Origin: Octopus sinensis
Lineage: Eukaryota
Assembly: GCF_006345805.1 (NCBI RefSeq)
Contig: NC_042997.1
Location: 70,866,001-70,930,000, forward strand
DNA: 64,000 bases
Direction of reading: 5' to 3'
Shown here: one piece after another, positions 39,681 to 52,699 of the stretch
How positions within the stretch are numbered: position 1 is the first letter of the stretch
Layout: every line of letters starts with the position of its first letter
Program-made: the position numbers and the translations under genes
Notes under the pieces: generated by a model
What the model was told of the DNA's origin: nothing
Seen by the model: only the letters and a program-made list of their open reading frames with translations
Database searches by the model: none

Positions 39681-42600
39681 ATTATTATTCTATGTTTGAC
39701 TTTTGCTTTATATTTGTACAAGTTGGCTCCAAGTCTCACCCAGAGACCTCAAGAGACAACAGGGTTGGAAGTTCATGTTGTTGTTATGCCTAGTGTGCCA
39801 TATATTTGGGGGGTGGGGATGTTGTACTAATGAATGTCTAAAAAAAAAAAAGTTTTTTTTTTTTTTTTTTTTTTAAACCGAAAATTATGGTTGTTTTAAA
39901 CCTTGAGGTTACATAGAGAGTATTTTGCGTAGGATATGAGCAGTTCCCATGAGCACTATCTTTTGAACTTCTGCCATTTTGGGGTTTCCTGGTATCTGAG
40001 TTAGGTAGCTATCAGCCCCTTTTGCTATCATTCCCAGGGCACCTATGACAACAGGTATTGTTTTAGTCTTCAGCTTCCTTCCACATTTTGCTGATTTCTA
40101 TTTCAAGATCTTTATATTTGCTCAGTTTTTGGTAGGTCCTGACAGATACGTTTATATCGATTGGGACAGTCATATCAATGAGGAGGCATGTTCTTTGTTT
40201 GAAGTCTTTCAATATGATGTCTGGCCTATTTGCATCTATCTTCCTGTCAGTTTGAATGGTGAAGTTCCAGAGGAGTGAGATGTGGTCATTTTCAAGCACT
40301 GGGGGTGGTTTGTGTTCCCACCAGTTTTTTTCATGGGGCAAATCCAGGTTTTTACAGATTACCCAGTGAATATATTGTGCAGCTCTATCGTGCCTGTTGA
40401 GATACTCTGTAGGCGCTAGAAGACTGCACTTGGAGACCACATGGTCAATGGTTTCATTTTGTTGCTTGCATACACGACACGTTGGACTGCTTCTGATCTT
40501 TAATATGTTGGCCTGGTAGTTTCTTGTTGGTAGGCATTGATCTTGAGCTGCTATGATAAAACCCCTCTGTTTCAGATTTTAAGCCAGAGGCCATTAGCCA
40601 TTGATGGGTCAGGGCTTTGTCGATATCTGCATTATTCGCTCTCTTTGGGTAGTTGCCATAGAGAGGTTTTTCTTGCCATTTATTATTCAGAATATCTAAG
40701 GCCGCAGTTTTGGCACGGGTTTTCATGCGCCTAGCTTTTTCTGTGCTTGTTCTTGTATGTCTATCTCTAATTCCGAAATGGTTGTTGTTCGGAATTCACT
40801 TAGATATTCCTTTGCCTGTTTTGTGACTGAGTATGATGCTTTCTTGTTTTCATGTTTTGAGACAAGTTTTAACATCCAGTCCTCAGAGTTTTTCAGGTAG
40901 GTGTCTAGGCCAATTGTAGCAATCTTCATTGTTATTGCCAGTTGCAAAAGACCACGGCCTCCCTCTTTTCTTGGCAGATAGAGTCGTTCTGTATCTGCCT
41001 TAGGGTGGTGCATTCTATGCATTGTCAACAGTTTCCTTATTTTTCTGTCGAGCTGACATATTTCAGTAATTGACCAGTTAACAATATTGAAACTGTAAGT
41101 CACGACTGGTATAGCTAATGCATTGATTGCTTCGATCCTGTTTCTTGCATTCAGCTCTGTCTTGAGTATTGCTCTCACTCTTCGATAGCATTCTCTCCTG
41201 ATCCTTTCCTTCATCTCTGAATGCCTTATTCCGTTCCCTTCAATTACCCCTAGGTACTTGTAGCTCTCCGCTGGGTCTAGTTCTTTTATGACATTCTGTT
41301 GGTCAAGGTTAACGTTAGATGTTTCTGTCATTTTTCCTTTGATAAAGGTAGCCTTTGCACATTTATCGAGGCCGAATTGCATTCTGATGTCGTCACTGAA
41401 TTGTTTGACTATCGCTAGTAAGCCCTTGAGTTGTTGATCATTTTTTGCAAAAAGCTTTAAATCATCCATGTAAACGAGATGATTTATATTTTTATCAAAC
41501 ATTTTATACCCGTACTGCGCGTCATTGAGCAGCTTTGAGAGAGGTATTAAGGATAAACAAAAGAGGAGTGGTGACAGTGAGTCACCCTGGAAAATGCCAC
41601 ACGAAATTTTTACATCACCAGCATTTAGGGATTCACTGTCACTGTTCAGAGTTAGTGTGGTTCTCCATGATCTCATACTTACAGTCAAGAAGTTTCGCAG
41701 AGTTGGTGCTATCTTATACATTTCAAGGCATTTCCTAATCCAGCTATGTGGTAGGCTATCAAAAGCCTTTTTATAGTCTATCCAGGCTATTGATAAGTTT
41801 TTGTGTCGTTTGTGACAATCTTCTAAGATCATCTTATTGATGAGTAGTTGGTCTTTACAGCCGTAGGATCCACGTTTACATCCTTTCTGTTCATTAGGGA
41901 ATATGCTGCTGTCTGTTAAAAAAACTATAGGTATATTCCGTCAGGACAGATGTTAGTGTTTTGTACATAGTTGTTAAGCAGGTTATGGGTCTATAGTTTT
42001 TTGGTTCATTTGTTTCTTCACTTTTTGGAAGCAGGAATGTTAACCCATTAACTAGCCAAGGAGGCATCCTACTAGGGTGTTGCAAAACATCATTGTACAG
42101 TTCTGTTAGCAGTTCATGGCTCTCTGGGAAGGCATTCAGCCAGAAGTTAGGAATTTTATCCTTTCTTGGAGACTTCCATTTGCTTGACCTCCTGAGAGCA
42201 GATCTTATATCTTCTACCTTGACACCCTCCCACTTTTGCTCTTCTAAGGGGTCCAGTTCTGTAGATATTCTGTCAATCCAGGGGGCCTTTTCGTTGTGTG
42301 TTTTTTCTTCTGCCCAGATTTTATTCCAAAATCTCTGCACTTCTTCTTTTGATGGTACAGACCCTGCAGTAAACGCTGTTTTTCCTATCTTCCTGTAAAA
42401 ATTCTTGGTGGTGTTATTTTTGAACATGTTGTTGTCCTTGAAAAATCTAACACGCTTTTCATACCTCGCTATGCGGGCAGCTTTGGCAGATACCTTTTGT
42501 TTGATGGTTTCTATGGTGGCATCAATATCAAGTATAGTTTTCATATTGTATTTTTTCAGTAATTTTTGGGTTTTTGTAGGTTTGGTAGTCTTGTGAGCCT

Positions 42601-43855
42601 TAAGGTTTTTCAAATATTCAATGTCAGATCTAAATACTTTAATTTGTTGTTGCAGACGCTCTTGCCAAGAAGGCTTTTTGTGGGACTGTTGTGCCGTTTT
42701 CTAATCTTTACACCACATAGGATCGTTGAGATTTTCGCGGATGCATAGTATAGGTGGTTGAGGTTTGTGATATCAACATCATTAACTGAAATTATATCCT
42801 TAAGTGCAAGCCGGATTTACCAATTATTTTCATGTTTTGGTTAGAGTTGCGGATTTTAGGAAGTGTATCACGCTCATCCATGCTGGTTTCTTTAATTTTC
42901 AGCCATTCAATCATGTTGATTTTTAGCTCATGTAGTTCTGTTGGGTCAATATTTGTGTGACTTTCTTTATCTATTTGATGCTCATCTGTCTTAGTGTTTA
43001 TGATTGGTTCAGGGCGTATTTCACTTTGCCTATCACTTATACTAACTCTTTCAATCCTCTTTCGTTTTTATCCGCCCTGGGCTGGTCTATAATCATTTCC
43101 TCTGTATTATCTTCTCTAGCTGCAGCTTCGTTCATTTTATCCGATATTGCTTGTCTAACCTGATCAATCTCTACTTCAGTCAGTAATTTCTTTTTATAAT
43201 GTTTCTTCTAACATTGGCAAGCTTGTTACTGTCTATGTAGGGTCTTACTTCAGGGTGTTTCTGTCTCCAGTTTAAGTATGCTTGTACAGTGCTAGACTAT
43301 CTGTGGGGAAATATATGACATGGTAGAAGGCCTCAAGAACTTCTTTATTATCTTCCCTAGACCATTTTTCCTTCGTTTTCTTTTGATTATTTTGTGTGAT
43401 GAGCATCGATGGCCATCTGTTGGAATATTCCGGTTGTGGGGTTCGTCCAGCTCCTGTGTGTTGGGAAGATTTGATCCAGTAACTGATTTTTCAATCAGGA
43501 TTTGGTTTAATTTTCGGGTACGTGGTCTTTTGTAATCCGCGCAATGACCAATGCGGTTTATTGTTTGATTTGTTGACCTTGAAGCATGACGAGCATCCAT
43601 TCTTATATTAGGAGATGGATCTGTCAGTTTAGGGTTCACTACATGTAAGCATTGCTCATAGCGCCGCTTCTTAAGACTAGCAGATCTATATTCGTCTGTA
43701 TTTTTTTTGTTGATAGTTTTATCTCCGGACATTTTTTTTTTTCTTTCCTCCTCTTCCTTTCTTCAAGGCTTACTGTGTCTGTATTAGTTCGAAATAATGA
43801 GAATAAAATACGGAGAAGGAAACGAAAAGAAAGGGAAAAAGACGGGATCTGTCAG
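39681..43855 (-). mobile_element. Apparently full-length R4/Dong-clade non-LTR retrotransposon (RT + CCHC + restriction-like endonuclease), ORF broken by a few frameshifts
   Basis: Consecutive ORF pieces from 43732 down to about 39910: RKKWSREDNKEV N-terminus, YRPITCL, AWIDYKKAFDS, QGDSLSP, YMDD, KYLG, knuckle, RPDIILKD...LIDMTVP...KYKDL. The 3'UTR runs into (AAT)n near 39688; the 5' end is placed approximately at degenerate AAT repeats. Confidence 0.95.
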
Positions 43856-44655
43856 TTATTATTGTTATTACTATCATCTTCACCACCATCACCATCATCA
43901 GCAACATCACCATCACCATCATCATCTTCAATGTGTAGCCACAGCCACCATCAACACTCCATTGTGTTGGAGAATGGGTGGTTAAAGAATTCATGTTCTT
44001 TGGGTCTATAAATAGCCACGGTAGATGGTGGAGACAAAGGACGTTAATGGTCAGTAAAAGGTCAAACCTGTTTACGTTTATTTATTTATTATTTTTTTTT
44101 TCGTTCTCTTTTCTTCTTCACCACATGCATATGTATATGTATATATATGTATATTCAATCACACATATTATCTGATGTTTTCGTCGAAGATTTTTTTTTT
44201 CTTTTTTTTAAATAACTTTCTGAGTTCAATGTTATGTATATATTTTTAAATTTCTGAATTCAGTTGTATGTATGTAGTAGTAGGTGCTTAATTCCATAAC
44301 TTTTTATCGTGCATTTAATTGTGTTGTTACAATAAAAGGTAATTTAAAAGGCAATTTTACACATTCTTATAGTCATGAGAGACGACTAAATGTAAATGTT
44401 CACACAGAATTGGAGATATGTATGTTTCTAATTTTTCTTGTTAGGTGTACGTTTGTATGAGCTGTAGATATGTAAGTTTTTTTTTTTACTTATTTTGAGG
44501 GTAATTCAAATTACTTACAGAAAACAGTAGATCTTCCAGTTTTCTACAGTTGACCTGCTGGGTTCGCTGTTGCCAGTTCAGAGCATCGTAAAAATACGTC
44601 CATCCTCTGTCACGTCCAGCCGCCTTCCTTATTATTATTATTATTATTATTATTA

Positions 44656-44704
<49 letters not shown>

Positions 44705-44905
44705 AACCATGAGCTTGTAGACACGCAGGACGAAATGTATAGCGGTATTTCGTACGTCTTCACGTCCTGAGCTCAAATTCGGCCGATATCGACTTGCGTT
44801 TCGATAAAATGAGAACCAGTCAAGTACTGGGGTCGATGTTATCAACTAATCCACTCCTACGAACGTGCATGGCCTTGTGCAAAATGTGAAAGCATTACTA
44901 TTATT
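44705..44905 (+). mobile_element. SINE family B downstream of a (TTA)n array
   Basis: AGCGGTATTTCGT...GAGCTCAAATTC...CGATAAAATGAGAACCAGT...ACTGGGGTCGATG. Confidence 0.75.
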
Positions 44906-45007
44906 ACCCTTAAGAGAAACAACTGGACGTATACTCGCACTGTGCACATTATTAACCAGTCTCACGAAAACTTTCACTAAAACATGATTATATATATATA
45001 TATATAT

Positions 45008-45072
<65 letters not shown>

Positions 45073-45108
45073 ATGTATGTATGTATAGATAGATAGATAG
45101 ATAGATAG

Positions 45109-45178
<70 letters not shown>

Positions 45179-45847
45179 GGTTGCGGCGCAGATTTCAATT
45201 CGATATGTTAGGGTTTTCTATCATGGTAACGCGTGCTGAAAAAGCTAAGGTGATTTTTTGCGAGTGCAGAAACTGATCCACACGAGTCCTAATACGTCAA
45301 TGTACGTTAGGAGATTTTATTAACCTGATCTGCTTTCGGTTGATTTCCGTAGTGTATTTCTGGTGATTTAAATAAGAGTTTTGACTGTTATTTCCAGCAG
45401 GTAGGCAGACTTAGTATTCCTTTGATTAATTTTATTCCTTCAGCTATTTAATGCTTTTTCTTGGGCATGAAATCCCCTGTTTTATTGATTCTGTTATTAT
45501 CATTTTTTTTAAATAGTCATACCAGATAATAACAAAATTAATAATATCTTTAGCAAATTAATTTTTCGGGAATTATTTATCGAGATTATATATATATATA
45601 TATATATATGAGTGTGGAAGGAGTCGTCCCTTCTTAGGGATACTTGTCCAAGCGTACACCGGTTTAGCTCTATATCAATTAAGGATACTGGAAATTCCAC
45701 ATGCTTTTCGTTGGTTCTTCTCCGATTTTAGTACTTCACACTTTTGAAATTCTAGTTGTCGCTATAGAAATTTCCACCTTTTCGATATAGGAGAAAATGT
45801 TTTACAGAGTAAGGAAAAGGGAGAATGTGTACTTATAATAATCAATA

Positions 45848-46096
45848 TATTCATTATAATAATAGTCAATTCATGCTGCCTGCGCAAATTTCGGTTTATT
45901 ACTTAAATCTATATTTATGCAATTAAATTGCGTTATGATTTTGAGAAAGTAAAAACCTTCATTAGGGAAAAAAATTGACTGATGAATTGTTTTTCTTTTT
46001 CAAATTCATAATGCAATTTATTTGCCTAAATATGGACTTAAGGAATAAACCGAAATGCGCGTAGGCAACATGAATTGACTATTATTATAATAAATA
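45848..46096. repeat. Fold-back (MITE-like) element, arms about 110 bp, spacer about 31 nt
   Basis: 45848-45957 is the reverse complement of 45989-46096 at roughly 85% identity by eye (GACTATTATTATAAT, AATAAACCGAAAT and GCAATTTA cores). Confidence 0.85.
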
Positions 46097-46251
46097 TTTT
46101 AATTATTCTGTATATGCGCTCTCCAATGTCTTTGTATTTTATATATATATATATATATTCACGCACAGACACACATTCATACATATATCGATACACAAGT
46201 ATATGGGAGGGGAGAGAGAGAGAAAGATAGAAAGAAAGAAAGAAAGTAAGT

Positions 46252-46283
<32 letters not shown>

Positions 46284-46311
46284 GATTATAATAATGAAGT
46301 CATTTACTCAC

Positions 46312-46727
46312 CAGCCTGGCAATTTAGCGTCGCATTTAAGCATCCTGTTTTTCTTTTACGTGATCTACCTTTTGGCTGTATTGGCAGAACCACTCCAGTA
46401 TAGTTAGATGGGACATGGCCCCTTTCAAGTCCAGCTACCAGAGGTCTGACATCACATAAACTTTCGTTATGGCCTCCTGATTCATCTGTTCTCTGCTCCC
46501 TCAATGGTACATATTCCCTGCATCCTTCCTGAAATAAGAGTTCATAATCTGTCCGACAGTAAACCAGATCGCCTTTCATGCCGAAATGGTCCCCCTTGGT
46601 CAATGGCCTGTTACAGCCTTCACACACAAAACAGCCTAGATGGTACACTAGGTCTCGCACCCTCATGACAAGTTCTTGTGCAGAAATACCCGTGTTGCAT
46701 CGAGCACACTGACGAATTGCGTACCTC
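46312..46727 (-). CDS. Lhx2/9: Internal coding exon of a LIM-homeobox transcription factor, Lhx2/Lhx9 (apterous) class: LIM domain 2 plus linker
   Basis: Translation RYAIRQCARCNTGISAQELVMRVRDLVYHLGCFVCEGCNRPLTKGDHFGMKGDLVYCRTDY...QPKGRSRKRK has LIM zinc-ligand spacing and the Lhx2/9-type motifs GIS-x2-E-x-VMR, GDHFGMK and KGRxRKRK. Acceptor tgttcttttccAG at 46729-46728 (phase 2); donor G|GTGAGT at 46311. Length 416 nt. The ORF-track extension to 46807 is intron. Confidence 0.93.
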
Positions 46728-47259
46728 CTGGAAAAGAACAATATTGTTGTATAAGCCTTTAAACTTTTGGGCATCGCAATATAATTCAACTTGTTAATAT
46801 CAGACATATGTTGTTTTTACTATTTTTGTTGGTTGCACTTAGTCGTGAAATCAAACTCAGTGCCTTTTGAGAGAGGTTAAGCAGAAATTGTCAGAATTCC
46901 ATCCTATATATGTGTGAGTATGGAGCGTTTATGTGTATATGTATGTGAGTGTGTGTTTGTGTGTGCATGTCTTTATATTTACTTTTGACTAAGGCACCAT
47001 TTGAAACAAAACCGTATGTTCTGTTTGAAAATTAGTACTCAGGCTAATATATACATGTGTACATATATGTGTGTTTGTGAGTGTGTATGTGGAAATGGTG
47101 GTAGAGGGGGATTGTATCTGCAGTACACATAATGTCACTTCTCTTCTGCCTGAGGATTAAGGTTACAATTCTGACGAATGGTCAGTTACACGTTAATTCA
47201 GAATCAAGTAATTCGGTTGATCGTGCAAGTCTATGCTCCTCTCAGAATGACGGAGATAT

Positions 47260-47296
<37 letters not shown>

Positions 47297-47869
47297 CGCA
47301 CACACACACAATCACCGCACACACACACAATCACACACACACATGCACATACACACACATGCACACACACCTACACACACACACACACAAACAAAAACAC
47401 AGAAACGCTCGTGCGCTACACTACTTACATGTCACTATTCTGACTGTGCAATTAAAATTCATTTGCTAAGTAAATGTTATTATCCATTGACTATTACTAG
47501 CCGAGGTATCTAGTGTTCCCCTAGTGCCGAATATATAGACTTTTGTGCTTTTAAACCCAAAAGACTTATATACTTCTTTCTCTATGCAATATTTTCATAT
47601 CATTTTTTATTGTAATTCACTACGTGTTTAAAGCTGATCTTCATCCCCAGGCTTCATTCGGTAGAAGCAAATAAAAAGCAGATAAATGTTAAACACGCCC
47701 CAAATGCTAAAATTTGGATCAGACCTATCTTCTTTCACTATGCTGCTGTATGAAATTTGGTCATTTGAATGCATGAGCTCACACACACACACACACAGAC
47801 ACACACACACACACACACACACAGTATATAAATACAAAGAACAACAAAAAGAACAATACAGGAAGAACA

Positions 47870-48870
47870 CTGACAAATGAATTATTAGCTTAACACTTTT
47901 ACGGAAAGAGGAAGTGTCTTAGGGTTTCCGATTTTAGTTGATCATCAACAGAGAGATCTGTTGAGACAGTGAGAAAGGGAAATCGTGAAAAATTAGGCGA
48001 AGATTGAGAAAGCACCTAGGAATACTATACTAGGAGTGCGTTAAGAAGCAGGAAGTGGTGGGTATGTAGATGCCAACGTATGAGTGTATTAGTTGTATAA
48101 ATATGGGGCACTCTGTGTATAGAGGTTTGCAAATATGGGAATATACTGGTACTGGTTACAGTGGAAGTGTGCTGATGAGAATGTGAGAATGTGCATTTGC
48201 ATGTGTGTATGTAATATTTTGATGGGTAGCGTGAATACGTGCATATAAGGAGAAGAAAGCAGGTGTGAGTGCGAAGGAAAATGTTAGTTAATCGGATGGG
48301 ATGGTAAAGCTATATTTTATTGATGTGTGTACAAGTGAATAACAAATTTATATGTATATTGAGAGAAAACGTTTTGTAACGAAAAGGAAGGGTTTAAAAT
48401 ATGATTTGAAAATAGAAAAAGCATGTAGGAATTCTGAGAAAAATAAAAAAATATAAAGAAAGAAATGGTTAAAATTCCCAAGAGCTTGGTAGAGTGTCCA
48501 GAGTTTGCAAGATAATGGTAAAACCCACTAAGGAGAACAATCACCTGTAATGAAGAAGCTAGTAAAATCCATGGAGAAAAATAAATGTAGTGAATAAGTT
48601 CAAAGCCAGACTTGACGCTTGTGGAATAAAAATGGCGGTAGGAAGATTTAACTTTTTGAATAGAGTATGTATAGTAAGTAGAGGAAGCAGCAAGGGAGGA
48701 AACGCATGAGCGGGTATCGGTAATCTAAAGTGTCAGTAGCGGTCAAGCAGAGGTGAAAAGTGGAAGGGGGGGGATGTGAGTCACAGCTTTTAAGCAATAC
48801 TGGAAATTTGATGTGTTGAAGTATATGTGCTTTTATGCGTGAGTGTACTATGCATGCGTACGTAAGTGTA
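47870..48870 (-). mobile_element. Decayed LINE reverse transcriptase
   Basis: Remnants in RT order on the minus strand (KAFD-like LKSCD, PQG-like, LGI-like) with many lesions. Confidence 0.4.
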
Positions 48871-49799
48871 TTTGTGTGCCCCTGTAACGGTGTGGGTATG
48901 TATCTATAAGTCGAGAGCGGGTGCGCATATATTTGAGTACCAATGATTGTATATACTTGTGCATGCAAAAACTAGGTGCGTTTGGGCACGTGTATGCCCT
49001 TGTTCCTCGGTGTGTGCATGTGAAAACGAGAAAAGCTGTGGGTGAATTGAATACATGTGTGTAGGTCTATGTGCGTGTGCGAAGATTTATATGCGTCTGC
49101 CCGAACAAAGTGTTTGAGTTTGTGCCTGTCAGTATGTGTTGTATGTGTGTATGTGTCAGTATGTGTTGTATGTGTGTGCGTGCATATGTGTGTGCATGTG
49201 TCAGCAAAACAAGACGTTAGATGAATAGAAATTTATGCATGCGTGTATATACGTGTGTAAATGAAAAGTATTAATGCAAGACGGAAAGGTTTTTAAAGGA
49301 AGATTTATGTGTTTATGTGAAAAACCAGCTGATGCACCCAGCATTGCTCGTGTTTTCCGTGTTGAAGTTAAGCCCGCCTCTGACCTTGTATCGTGCCAAC
49401 TATTACACATTAAGATGTTATATCTGGCTCGGCAGGCTGTTTGCAGGATGGGTAGATGTGTGGCATCAGAGCATGCGACGGTGTTTTGTTGACGGAGCGG
49501 AGTTCCATAAGGTCTTTTTTTAATTCTATAGATTTTGTTGAAATATTACACGTGAAAAAATGCAAAAGCTGCAGGAAAAATAACATCGTTATGGTAATTT
49601 CCATTCAAACGTCCGATTGAATTCAAGTTTTCGAAAAATTCCGGCCTTATTTACACTTCAAGGCATGTGATCTACCTATGTGCCAAAAATCATTAAAATC
49701 GGTTTGACACTGTGGGAGAAGAGAGTTAGAGTAACCTCAAACACAAACAAACAAACACACACCATTGCACATTTATGTATATAGATGTAGTAGTAAGTG

Positions 49800-50990
49800 C
49801 TGGAGAGACAATGATGGCGTGTGAGGCGAAGAAGGCTGAATTTAGTGCAGGGGACTGCAAGGAAGAGGGATGTAGCAAAGTTAAGGTAGAGAAATCGAAA
49901 GTTGATACGAGGGAGTTCAAGTGTATGTGGAGGAGTGATAAATTTGGTCCGATGAGCGTGTATGTTTGGTGAAAGATAAGGGTGCATCATATACTGGTTT
50001 GCAAGACCAATAGGTGTTATGTGGAGTGGTTATCGCTACCGAATTATCGAGAAACAGAGAACTCGTTGATAAGTCTGATGTCTTTGAGGTGTTGTGCAAA
50101 ACTGTCGGATTGTCGTCAGCCGGTTTATCCAATGCTGATCATGTTGCGCCCGAAACATTGGGGTGCATATATGAGGTTTTTAGACTTTCATCGAAATGAG
50201 TCCCTTAAGTGGAACGTATAGTGGTTGGGTTTGATGAAAGTGACGATTTTGGAAAGGCAAGTGAAAGTGTGCCAGCAGTAAAGAATGTAATGAACAGATC
50301 TGGGTGGGGCATGGGTGTGAAAAGAGCAGCTGTGGATGACAAATGCACGTAGGTTGCGGGCGAGTTTAAGGAAGGAATGCGAAGAATGAGGTGTCACATG
50401 GTTGTATTCCGGACGCGAGATATGAAAGTTATGACGCGATCGCTGGTTGAGTCATAAGAAACGCAGCTTGCATGGATACACTCGTAGAATGAATAAAATC
50501 GTCATTTGTTGAGCTTGGTTGCGGATACAGAAGCTGCAGAGTTGCTGGAACTGGAAATAGGAGATGACACGTTTTATGCAGGTGGTTTTCGCGAAGGAAA
50601 AATGTTGGTAGGAGTGGGAGCGAGTGATTTTATAGAAAATATAAATGGAGAATGTAAGGGTGATAAGTTCCTTTAGGCGAAGGAGAGTGATGCTGGTATC
50701 AAGGTTAATGTGGTCTAAGGGATGATGGTTTATATAGAGTTGTCCATGCGAAAAATGAGGGAAAAGGAGTCAGACATAAAGAAGATAGGAAGAGATAGCG
50801 GGCATAGTTAGTGTTGTGTATGTAGGAGGAAAGTGAAAAAACCGGGGGTGGCGCGAGGTGCGTGTCAAGGTGAAAGAGTATGAACCTTTTGTGGCAGTTA
50901 CAGGCATGGCTGATGGAGCTATGGTTGAGTTTATAGTGGAGTTACTGGGTGTCCGGACGAAGAGGTTGGAAGGTGTAAAACATTATAAAT
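49800..50990 (-). mobile_element. Penelope-like element remnant (RT C-terminus, linker and GIY-YIG endonuclease)
   Basis: 50184-50041 reads SKNLIYAPQCFGRNMISIG*TG*RQSDSFAQHLKDIRLINEFSVSR*F (GIY-YIG pattern). Upstream are KITRSHSYQHF, LRVYP and ARNLRAFVIHS remnants. Confidence 0.82.
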
Positions 50991-51096
50991 ATTATCAATC
51001 CGATTTATAAAGCCTAAGTCATACATACATTCACACACACACATACATACATACATAATGTATATATATATATATATATAATATATATATATATAT

Positions 51097-51210
<114 letters not shown>

Positions 51211-51217
51211 TGCATAG

Positions 51218-51275
51218 ATTTGCCCCAGCATAGCCACAACCTTAGGCCTGAAACATATAAAAGAATAAAAGAATA
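51218..51275 (+). mobile_element. SINE family A-like 3' tail fragment
   Basis: GCCCCAGCATAGCCACA...TGAAACA...AAAAGAATAAAAGAATA; a similar fragment lies at about 61880-61930. Confidence 0.5.
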
Positions 51276-52699
51276 TTTATGTATGTATGTATGTATGTAT
51301 GTATGTATGTATGTATGTATGTATGTATGTATATATGAGTATGTGTGTATGAAACAAACATTAACAATCCGAATATTTTCTAAATTGAATGGTTCAATGT
51401 GAACCAAAAACTAAATAAAATGATTGTTTTTCTACCATCTTTCCAACAAGAGATTTTTAAATGATTAGTTTTAATAAGAACAGTCTTCCAGGAAATACTT
51501 TCTAAACATTGACGTTTAAAAGAGTTGAATAAAATCGAGTGAGTGCCTGGTTGTTTATGCGTGAGTACATGCGCGTGCGAGTGTGTTTCTATGCGTTGTG
51601 TGTAACGGAGAGAATGAATGAGAGAAAAGGAGAGAGAGAGAAGTGTTGATTTCGAGAAAGATACAGAAAAATGTTCCTGTGCTTCACACTAATACTCTTT
51701 CTGTGCGAATCACTATTACAAATATCAGTTTTTAAAACCACTTTTCTTAAATCCTCCTTCTTTTATTCGAGAGTAAAAACTACTCCGGATGTTCACTTCC
51801 TACATTATCCTGGAATGATTATGGGAAAGTATGCAAATTTTGAGAAATGGTAACGGTGTTTCAATTCAAACGGATACATCGACGTTGAAATCATTTATTG
51901 TGATTCCTTACATATGCACAAAGCCAGATATTTAATGGATTTTTTTCTTTCAGGAAATGTACTTTGCTGGTACTTAACCGCTAGCGTTAATAGTCCTACT
52001 GTTTACGAACGAAGAGGTTGAAATTGAAATTTGGTATTTGCGGGATTCTAACCTAGAAAGTAAAGGGCCGTAACTATTGCAGCATGACATTTTTGTCTCC
52101 TGCTCTACTGATAATCACTTTATTGAAGCATCACAAATATTTGTTTGTTACATAAGCACAATGCCAGACATTATTTTTGCGAGTGATTGAACAATTAGAA
52201 ATATTATAGTATGTTTCCTATGACATTACTTTCCTAACATGTACATCTCTGACATTTTCTTTAGTCATCGGCTAATTTATAACTTCTTACCTTTAGACAT
52301 CCAGTGTCTAATTTTAGTTTCCTGATTTTGGTTTTTATTCCATTATTTTTCGTTGGCATTATTTTTCAAATTTGTAATATACTTTAAACCTGTGTGGGTA
52401 CATGTAAATCGACAAGAAATAATGCGTTCTAAATTTTCGAGCGATTAAAATTATCGCTAGAGATGAAACAGATTTTTATATTAACGTCCATTATTATGTT
52501 TCTAGCGGTTTCACCTCTGATCATAAAATATCTTATTACTGGATATTTACGTAGTGATGAATTTGATTCTAACTATATATCTCTCTTGCATAATAGATAA
52601 AAGGGTTATATTCTTAGTTTAGAAGTAAAACGCTCCCTACTTGAATCTTGCTTTGTACTATATATATATATTGTAGGTTATCAAAGATTATTCAAAAGA

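Noticed and set aside
43730-43860. HDV-like ribozyme expected at the 5' end of an R4/Dong element
   Set aside because: I could not build the P1-P2-P3-P1.1 pseudoknot by eye; it needs a descriptor search.
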